Part shown: one piece after another, positions 53,880 to 64,000 of the stretch
Layout of the letters: each line of letters starts with the position of its first letter
How positions within the stretch are numbered: the stretch's first letter is position 1
Assembly: GCA_038087875.1 (NCBI GenBank)
Contig: CM075989.1
Coordinates: forward strand, 16,432,001 to 16,496,000
Length of the DNA stretch: 64,000 bases
DNA from: Malacoraja senta
Taxonomy: Eukaryota
Direction of reading: 5' to 3'
The notes under the pieces: generated by a model
The model's input: the letters and a program-made list of their open reading frames with translations, nothing else
Told to the model about the DNA's origin: nothing
The model's database searches: none
Position numbers and translations under genes: made by a program

Positions 53880-54200
53880 CCTCAGTATTGGTTTCCAATG
53901 TCAGCTCTATCTTGGTTGGTAAACTCAAAAGTTTGTGGGTAAGAGTCCCACTCCAGAAACACTACAAGTGGGAGTCCAGACTGATACTTCAGATTAATAC
54001 TGAGGAAGTGCCACATTGCTGGAAATTCTGTTTATCAGATGCAAATTTAAATATAGACATCGTTAACCCTGAATGCAATATGAAAGTTCCCATGGCATTA
54101 ATGTAAATAAGAGCCGGGGAAATATTCACTACATCCTGGCCAATGTTTATCTCAAAATGAATAGCACATAAAACAGATTCTTTGGTCATTAATAATTTGA
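53880..54200 (+). mobile_element. Old Deu-domain-type SINE relic; similar relics ~60-400(+), 22390-22800(-), 47340-47720(-), 52980-53230(+)
   Basis: tcccatggca...tcctggccaatgtttatctc...aaaacagatt..tggtcatt resembles the recalled DeuSINE (SacSINE1/AmnSINE1) core. Confidence 0.55.
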
Positions 54201-56198
54201 CCTCTTTGGAAGGTTTACTGCTTTTAAAGCTTTTATCCTTTGGGTCTGTATTCAAGCCCATGTTTAAAGATGCAGCATGGAAATAAGCCCTTCGACCTAT
54301 TGAATACATGCCGACCATTAATCACCTGTTCATACAAGTTCTACATTATCCCATTTGCTCATCCACTCCCTGCACAGTAGAGGCAATTTTCAGAAGCTTA
54401 TTAACCTGCAAACATCCAGGTCTTTGGGATGTGGGAGGAAATCAGAGCACCCAGAGGAAACCCAAGGCAGCATCTATGGAGCAGGTGTTCTCAAGGAGAA
54501 TGTGCAAATTCCACACAGACAGCACCCAAGATCAGGATCGAACACGAGTCTCGCGTTGTGAGGCAGAAGCTCTGCAGGCTATGCCACTGTGCTACCCTTG
54601 TCTGAAAGTTGAGATGAAAACAGAAAACCTGGTTTGAAAACCTTTACTTTCATTTACAGTTGCAACCCCTTCATTTATTCTGAAAGATGAGGATTTTGAT
54701 TTTTGTTTATTGCATTTCACAATGTGAAAATTAAATCTGAATCACTATTTATAGAACAGAAGTTTTAAAGAATCTCAAGACGTGGCAAAGTGCACATCTA
54801 TGTCTGACTGCTTAATCCCCATTCTCTGAGTGGGGTTAAGGTTGTTGTTCATGCTGCAGAGAGTAACCCCTCCATGTAAATCATAATTAAGATGTCTCTT
54901 CCTGGATATTATCTCCTTGATTTAGTAACAGCTTCACCGAGACTATTGCAAATGTATTTTTTGTGGCTGTGTAAATTATGCGACAATCACCAGTCAAAAC
55001 GCCGGAGGGTGTGTCCTACAGAACTCCTGCCGTTTATTTGTCTGAAGCCTCAAGCAAAATATCGAAATAGGAAGCTAAATTGCTCAAGCAAATGAGAAGA
55101 AAGATGAAGAGGTTTTGAGTGAAAGATTCTGGCATTCCAATGTAACATTTAGGTTGTTAAAGGTTGCAGTCGTTCTGGTGAGACTGGTGAAAATATAAGG
55201 AAGCCAACTGGACCTTTACTCCTTTCTTCCCAAGGTAGAGTTCTTGGAAAGGTGTAACCAACAGGAACCTAATAGTGGTCACCTTGAGTTACTGCGTAGA
55301 TCACTGCCCTGAACAAAGAGTCCCAACCCATGTCTGTCCATTCCCTCTATAGATGTTGCCTTACCCGCTGAGCTCCTCCAGCACTGGCTTTTGCCCAAGA
55401 TTCCAGCATCTGCAGTCTCTCGTGTCTCCATGAACAAAAGGCTTGTTTCCTCTGTATCATTGCACTTGTACTAAAACAATAAGCTGTTGTACGTCCTGAT
55501 CAGCTAAGCAGAAATCTTTTACAAATGCAGTACACTCTGATAGTGCTTCACATCCAATTAATTACTTGTGAAATTTAGTAATTTTCCACTGTATTTGCTG
55601 GCACAACAATCTCAGTACAGCAAAGCACACCAAGAAATAATAAGATACAAGACTAGTTGACATGTCTTGTTAGTGGATGGGTAATGTTAGTCTGCGATAC
55701 CAGGAAAAGTTCTCTGGCTTTGGTGTTGTTTTGGGATCTTTTGCTTGGCTGATCAGGTAGTACAACAGCTTATAGTTTTGGTACAAGTCAATCTATACGG
55801 AGAAACAAGCCTTTTGTTCATGGGGACAAGGGCGGCACAGTGGCGCAGCGGTAGAGCTGCTGCCTTACAGCACCAGAAACCCGTATTCGATCCTGACACC
55901 AGGTGCTCTCTGTACGCAGTTTGTACATTTTCCCTTCGTCCTTGTGTGTTTTCCCCGGTTTCCTTTCATACTCCAAAGATGTACAGGTTTGTAGGCTAAT
56001 CGGCATCAGTAAAGTTGCCCCTAATGGGTAGGATGGTGCTAGTGTACGGGGTGATTGCTTTGGACTCTGTGGGCCGGAAGGGCCTGGTTCCGCACTGTAT
56101 CTCTAAAGTCCAAAGTCTAAGGACCCAAGAGACTGTAGGTGTTGGAATCTTGGGCAAAAAAACAAGGCTGGAGGAATTCAGGCAGCATCTGTAGAGGG

Positions 56199-56383
56199 TA
56201 CACAAAAATGCTGGATAAACTCAGCGGGTGCAGCAGCATCTATGGAGCGAAGGAAATAGGCAACGTTTCGGCCTGAAACGTTGCCTATTTCCTTCGCTCC
56301 ATAAATGCTGCTGCACCCGCTGAGTTTCTCCAGCATTTTTGTGTACCTTCGATTTTCCAGCATCTGCAGTTCCTTCTTAAACA
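56199..56383. mobile_element. Fold-back Penelope-derived short element nested in an older copy of the same family
   Basis: Near-perfect palindrome centred on tttcggcctgaaa. TSD cagcatctgtagaggg at 56183-56198 and 56384-56399. Confidence 0.85.
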
Positions 56384-58249
56384 CAGCATCTGTAGAGGGA
56401 ATGGACAGACAATGTTTTGGGACCATTTGCTCGAGTTTACAAGGAAGGAAGGAAGTTCAATTCCTTGTCACTGCTAAAATAATCTTAAGCAGGCTGACAG
56501 AACACTTGCTGAAATCGTTTCAGCTCCCTGGGTTAAAGAGAGAAACTTCAGCCAATATGGCCACTTTGAGTAGTTGGCCAATGATCTCTTCACTGTAAAA
56601 CGTGCATGTGTAGTTATTAAATGGGGATAAGATCAACAACAACAATTGCTACTATTTAACCCTGTCTGCAATCAAAATGACTGCCCTCCATTAGCCTTCA
56701 CTGGAGAGTGATTTCCCTTTGTACATTGATTAGTATGCTTATACAAGAGGTCATTGCAATCAGGAGATGAAGAAAGAGAATCAAAATAATGGGAATAAAT
56801 AAATAACATGAGGAAAACACAATCTGGTGTGGAAACCTGTGAATTAACATGTCATCATTGTACCCCTTAAGGCACAATGGTAAAGGAAAGTTATGGAGAA
56901 TTGTTTCTGTTTTCAGTCCTTCAGTACTTCACCTTATGTCGAGCTAAATAACTTGCGTTTCCTTGTTATTTTAAGAATTCATGTGCTTGAAGTCACTGAC
57001 TTCTGTATATTGGTGATTATGGAAAATATTGTAATTTCAGTCAACTTTTTTGCTGGTTGCTTGGGGAGGGATGTGGGATATATTTGCACCATCAGCATCA
57101 TTGGCCTTGGTGCACTTTATCTGGCATTGTGACAGTCCTGATAAGTCTACATTGTGTACTGTAGCATTTTTTCCATAAATTCATTACTAGGAGCTGTTAG
57201 TGCTGCTGCCTTTGCGACTAACTGAATACATATTGGCAAACGTGAGTATCAAACATTATAACATTTTCCCAGGAGTCATTGGATTGTGATCAAGATCAGA
57301 GCGTTTAGGCTGATTATTCTGCAACATGGCTCATGGCGCAAGGTTAATTGCTACACCCTCTTACACTCAATGTGGACTAGGAATTGAACATGGCATGAAG
57401 TCAAACCAGGGTAGGATTTTCACAGCGAACGGGGAAAGTTGTAGAACAGGGAGATCTTGGAGATGGTGATGATGACAATGTGTAGGAGGACGGTGATGTT
57501 GGTGGAACGTCCAATGATCCTCCGGTGTTCAGATACATACCTGGTGGAGCAGTATTTGAATTTGTAAGTCAACCAAGGGTTGTGATGTGGGCTTCAGTTA
57601 ATTGCCACTTCCCCAAGTAATGGTCAGTGTTGATGTGGAAATAATAATGTCTGTAGTTTTCAGGGCAAGGCTGAGGCACAGTTTTTGCCCTTGTAGCACT
57701 GCACCAAGAAATCCCTGAACTTCTTGCCTACTATTAGCAGAAGATCATTCTACAAATCATCTTTATAATAAACAGTCATTTTAAACGTGAGCAAACCTAT
57801 TTTGAATGCACTCTTCCGCTGCGCTTGTGTTTTACTATCATCTTCCTTGCTGTCCGTAGGTTTTGACTTGGGAACGCAAATCAGTTGTGATGAATTTTAA
57901 TACAAACTGGCCATGTGTTCGTCCAGCTGAAACAGTCTCTTCATTCTGCATTTTCCTATGTGACGTGTATCTTCTGCTCAAATTGTGCAGGAGATATCAA
58001 AAGGGAGAACAACATCTTATAGAGGTGTATAAAATCATGAGGACATTGGTTTATGGTGAGAGGGGAAAGATTTAAAAGGAACCTGAGAGGCAACATTTTC
58101 ACTCAGAGGGTGGTGGATATATGGAACGAGCTGCCAGAGGACGTGGTTGAGGCCAGTACGTTTAAAAGACACTTGGAGAGATATCATGGATTGGATATAC
58201 ACTGGTGGCCAAGAGGAGCAAGGAGACATGCCACAACAACTATTGACCA

Positions 58250-59090
58250 GTAGCACACACATCCAATTGCATCTTGATGGAGTGCTTTGAGAGGTTGGTT
58301 ATGATGCAAATCGACTCCTGCCTTAGTAATAATCTGGACCCACTACAATTTGCCTGCCGCCTCAACAGATTGACAGCAGATGCGATCTAACTGGCTGGCC
58401 AATCTGTGCTAGGCCACTTTGACAACAGGAACATGTACATCAGGCTTTTGTTCATCAACTACAGTTTGGCTATTGTCCCTTACAAACCTTTGTCAAACTC
58501 TGGGAACTGGGTCTCGTCTCCTCCCCATGCAACTGATCCTTGACCTCTTCATCACCAGACCCCAGATGTTGGCAACAACATCTGCTCCTTGCTGGCGATC
58601 AGAACAGGGGGATGTCAGGTTGTGTGCTCAGTCCCCTGCTCTACTCTCCCTTCACCCATAACTGTGCAGCCAGATTCAGCTCCAGCGGCATCTTAGAATT
58701 TGCTGATATCACCATTGTTCCACAAATAACAGGTAATGACGGGTCAGAATACAGTAGGGAGATCAATAATCTGGTTGAATTGTGCCAGTACAACAATCTT
58801 CCACTCAGTGTTAGAAAGACCAAAGGACTGATGGTTAACTTCAGGGAGGGAAAGCCAAAGGATGATGCACCTCTCTTGGATGGGACGGCGGTGGAGAGAG
58901 TCAAATGCTCCAAGTTCCTGGGCATGTACATCTCTGATGATCTGCTCTTGGCCCAGCACATTGATACAGTCACAAACAAAATCCATCAATACTTCTATTT
59001 CCACAGAAATATTAGGAGATTTGATATGACGTTGAATACTCCATCAAATGTTTACAGGTGAGTGGAGAACATACTGACTGATGCATCACA
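58250..59090 (+). mobile_element. Degenerate Rex1/Babar-type LINE RT fragment
   Basis: LDPLQFA, GCVLSPLLYS, EFAD, KTKGLMVNFR and VERVKCSKFLG motifs across frameshifts. Confidence 0.85.
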
Positions 59091-62000
59091 GGGTCTTATG
59101 TGGCTGTGAAGCTGCGGCAAGAAAGAATTTAATTGTTTTAGTTCATATCAGGTGCACATGACAAACAAGCACACTTGAATCCCTTTGGAAAAAAAGGACA
59201 CGAAGTGCTGGAGTAACTCAGCAGGTCAGGCAGCATCTCTGGAGAACTTGGGCAAGCAACATTTTAGATCGGGACCCTTCTTCAGAGTTACTTCATGGGT
59301 CTAAAGAAGGGCCCCAACCCGAAACATCGCCAATCAATGTTCTCCTGAGTTACTCCGGCACTTTGTGTCCTTTTTTTGTAAACCAGCATCTGCAGTTCCT
59401 TGTGTTCGAATATCTTTGAACCTGCTTTCAGGGTCCAAATGCTGCAAGAATTATAACTGAGTTGAACAATTTTTTTTTAAATTGGGACCATAGCTTGGTT
59501 TGGGGGTGTTTAAACCAATAGAGTTTTAGATCTGTGCATGGAGTTGTAGGCTACAGTAAGGAACAAAATGAGGAACTGATTACGGTGGTTTAAATGAAAA
59601 AAGTGCTAGTCATTTCCCTGTGAGGTGAAACAAGCCTGCCTTTCATTACTGGGCTATATGTCCAGCATTGCAAACACACTCATGGCTGCACATCTGATAT
59701 GTTACCCCTTGTGAGGAACCGCACTGTTATTTTTTATCAGAGAGAAAGAATTTCAAAGGAGAATAGAACCACAATGTTTTGTCTAATGCTGCAGAATCTC
59801 TTATTTCTAGCATTACGGAATATCTGACACAAAGTTAGGAGGACTGTTTATTCAGAGGGCAGCTTACAGAAAATAAGTAAGAAATGTGATAAATATCACG
59901 TGGATCACTCAGAAATAAAAAAAATATTATTTTTTGTTTAAGGTTCTTTAAAGGTTTTGGGGACCAGTGGTTCAGAAGTTCCTGGCAGAACTTGCACCTA
60001 TCTAGCAAATCTGCACACAGTTAGCAGAATGACCTTGAAGCTCCCAGTGTCAAGAATGGAAACAATATTTAAAATGTATTAAATGCTCAGCGGCAATTCC
60101 TCCCCCTCACCAAACTGATCCGTCGCCGGAATAATATAAGAGATTACTTTTGGTTACACAGTTAATGGAGTGAGCGTAAAACGACAGATAATATTACAGA
60201 ATTTCTGCACAATGTAAAAAGGAATGACACTGATGTTTCAAAGAAAGCTGTGGAGGTGTTGGCCCCTGCTCTTTACTAAGGAGCTCCAGGTTTAGGCTGG
60301 CCATATGTATTGTCAGGCAATAATCTTAAGGAAAATATAGGCACCTTCAAAGGAAACTATTTGGAATTTGATTCAAGAAATAAAATGTTGCTTGTTGATA
60401 ATGGAACTGAAAAATAAATCTCTGGTGGCATGTAACATGATTGCCCATTTGGGACATGTTTCTTGGTTGAATCAGTAGAAGATACACAAGTTTCACGTTT
60501 CATACTTATGATGTGTGTGTATAGCCACTTCGGTGCTGCGTTGCATCTGGAACAACAGTTTTCTTCTCCAAATTGACAAACAGGTGTATTCTAGGGGTTT
60601 TGTCAAGGCAAAACCTTCAACAGAGTAATATAAATGTACACGCTGTTACTAACAGAAGGAGCAAGATCGTGTTTCAGTAAACAGTTCATGTTGCAGACGG
60701 TTCTCTTTAATTCCAATACTTGTATATTTCTGTAAATTTAATAGTATCTGTATCAGCAATAAAATGAAATTAGAACTTCCAATAGAACCGAGGCTTAGTT
60801 ATAGAAATTTAAAAATTGATCTAAAAAAATCTATTGTTCTATATACATACGGTACCATGAGCTAAACTGTGTAATGTGCTGACTTGCTTATTATGGTCCA
60901 GCTGACTGTTTGACTGTTATATTCTTTAAATACAGGGACTTAGTACTTTTTTTTTCTCTCACCAATATGTTTCTCTGAAAATGAATCACAGACCATTATT
61001 TTATATTGTGTGATTCACCAAGATTTTGTTATAGATACATAGATACATAGAAAATAGGTGCAGGAGTAGGCCATTCGGCCCTTCGAGCCTGCACCGCCAT
61101 TCAATATGATCATGGCTGATCATCCAACTCAGTATCCCGTACCTGCCTTCTCTCCATACCCCCTGATCCCTTTAGCCACAAGGGCCACATCTAACTCCCT
61201 CTTAAATATAGCCAATGAACAGGCCTTAGTTTAGTTTAGTTTAGAGATACAACGCGGAAACAGGCCCTTCAGCCCACCGAGGCTGCGATCCCCGCACATT
61301 AACACTACCGTACACACACTAGGGACAATTTTACATTAATACCAAGCGAATTAACCCACAAATTTGTACGTCTTTGGAATGTGGAAAAAACCAAAGATCT
61401 AGAGCCAAACCCACGCAGGTCACAGGGAGAACGTACAAACTCCATACATTCAAGCACCCACAGTCGGGATCGAACCTGGGTCTTTGGCATTGTAAGGCAG
61501 CACCTCTAACGCTGCACTAATGTGCTGCCCCAACTCTGGCGGGTTTAAACTGGAGTGGGGGGGGGGGGGGGGGAGGGGTATGGTGATGGAAACCAGAGCA
61601 GTTGGACAGCAAGTGGAGGCACTGATGGGAAAGTAGAGTTTATGACGCATGTCTTAGGGAGAATACAAACTCCATACCGGTAAGCACCTGTGGTCAGGAT
61701 CGAACCAGGATCTCTGGCGCTGTAAGGCAGTAGCTCTACCGCAGCGCCACCGTGCTGTGCATGGAAATGCTGTCTCCATGTATCGACAAAACTGTTACTG
61801 GAAGAGGCATCTTAGAATAGTGGGAAATAACAGACAAAAAAATTATTGGCAGTGTCTAGCTTGTTACTCCATTTATATTCTAATATGACCATGTGAATCT
61901 TACTCATTTGGTCGCAATGTATAATGTATTTGTCTGACATAATTTCCTGACAATGGATTTTCTACATTGTGCCGTACACTGAAACAATGTCCCTTATGTG

Positions 62001-64000
62001 TCTGGTAATGATGTCATCTTAAATAATACAGCACTTGAGAATGTACAAGGGAGCACAAAGTCAGGGAGTCCAGTCATAGTGTCATACAGCACGGAAAAAG
62101 GCCTTTCGGCCCAACTTGCCCATGCTGACCCAAGATACCTCATCTACGTTAGTCCCACCAGACTGCGTTTGTCCCATGTCCCTCTAAATCTATCCTATCC
62201 AGGTAGCTGTCAAAATGTCTTTTAAACATTGTTATAGTACTTGCCTCAACTACATCCACTGGCATCAAAGTTCCATATCCCCACCACCCTCTGTGTGAAA
62301 ACATTGCCCCTCAGGTTCCTATTAAATCTTTCCCCTTTCACCTTAAAAAGGAGCTTGATGTTCGCTCAAATTGTTTATTTCATGAAATATTTACATACAA
62401 ATTTTCTGATACATAGATATAGACATACTGAACCCCAGAATTCTCTTGCTAATTATTTAATTGCTGCCGGCACTGACGCCGTATCATATTTATTGTTATT
62501 TTTATAATATGGCTGCATTCGGTGATGCCCTCATAGGACTTTTTCCTTTAATGTAAGTCTTTCTAACACTAGCCATCTCTTTTGTACACTGAGAGTAAAT
62601 TCAATAATTCCTGTCTTTCAAACGTCGTAGTAATTCAACAGGAGCACACATCAAAGATTTGGCACAATAGTGTTGTAACCTTATCTTTAACTGTGCTACG
62701 CATAAATGGAATTCTTCCTTGGGAGTATAAGGTCAGTGAATTCATCTGTACTCCCACGATTTGAGATGTGCCTTTTAAGCACTTTCCTGTGAAGTGATCA
62801 GTTACTCCATGGTATGCTATGACCATTTTTCAATAAAAGCACAATAAACGCCAGGATGTCGAGAAGAATGGATAAAGTGAATGCCCGCAGTCTTTTTCCC
62901 AGAATAGAGGATTTTAAAAATAGAGGGCATTGGCTTAAGGTGAGAAAGGGGAGATTAAGAGGGACCACGGGGGCAACTTTTTTCAATCGGAAGGAAGTCC
63001 ATATCTGTCAGAGGAACCTATAGAACTGGATATAAATATGACTTTCAAATTTACAACAATATGGCTAGGATGGGTTTAGAGGTATATGGGGCAAATACAG
63101 GCAAATGGAACTAAATTGGTCAACATGGATGAGTTGGGCCCAAGGGCATGTTTCCATGCTGTGTAGATCTGTGGCTTCATGGCTTTTTTTTCTGTGGCGA
63201 CCAGATTCCTGAACCGATCAGCTCTTTTCACACTCCATGCTCGGAGGTGCTGCCATGTTCTCTTGGTCTTCACTCTGACTCATTCAGTTATTCTGTTATG
63301 TACTTTCATTTTTTGTTGTTGCATTATTTCAGATTGTACTGCAATCTTTGCACCATTCTGCTGTTTGGCATTTGTCATTGTATTGTTGTATTTATCATTT
63401 CTGCACTCAGTTGACTGTGCGATTCATGCGAAGGAGGAATTTCATTGCACCCTGGTCTATGTGACAATCGGAATCTGAACTCTGCAAAATATTTGCGTTT
63501 TGTTTATTATTTATTTAGTTAATTTTCCCATATTTGGACATCACTGGCAAAGCCAGCGTGTACTGCCTCACTGCTCAGGAGAAGGCGTTGAGCTCCTTTC
63601 CTGAACTGCTGCATGTCTTCTGGTATTCTAAGATATTTGTATATCTTCATCAGGCCTTTGGGAGGGAGTTCCAGGATTTAACCCCACTGCTGATGAAGGA
63701 CCAGCACTAGAATTCCAAATCAGGATGGTGTGCATCTGGGAGGGGAATCTGCAGGTGGTGGTGTTTCCATGCACCTGCTGCCCTTGTCCATCTTGGTGAT
63801 AGAAGTTGTGGATTTGGAAGACGCTTTCAGAGTAGCACAAATATACAGAACAGTACAGTGCAGGAACAGGGCCTTCAGCCCGTGGCATTTGTGCTGACCA
63901 TAATGCTACTTTAAATGAATCTCATCTGCCTGCACATGTAATGCATGTTACACCTGGTGTACACTCCACAAGGCACCAGTGGTAGAAGGAAGAAATGTTT

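Overview
Vertebrate genomic DNA, not microbial. The repeat set (HE1-type V-SINEs, CR1, Rex1/Babar, Penelope-like elements) points to an elasmobranch, probably a skate (inference). Two 200-N gaps split the window into three contigs. Contig 1 (1-13972) carries three intact, correctly phased MYO1E exons on the minus strand (end of motor domain and IQ motif). Contig 2 (14173-38413) carries degenerate FAM81A-like exons on the minus strand with in-frame stops and apparent frameshifts. Contig 3 (38614-64000) has a CpG-rich promoter with a CArG box and CCAAT boxes, and a plus-strand first exon ending ATG|gtaagt that fits MYO1E exon 1, head-to-head with FAM81A as in human. The two parts of MYO1E therefore disagree in orientation, most simply a scaffolding error. 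The rest is transposon-derived. It includes roughly 30 copies or fragments of a Penelope-derived short element bearing a minimal hammerhead-ribozyme-like motif, often as fold-back insertions with target-site duplications (TSDs), and a 1 kb TIR element with a 7-bp TSD. Homology calls come from recalled protein and repeat sequences, not database searches. Repeat boundaries are approximate.
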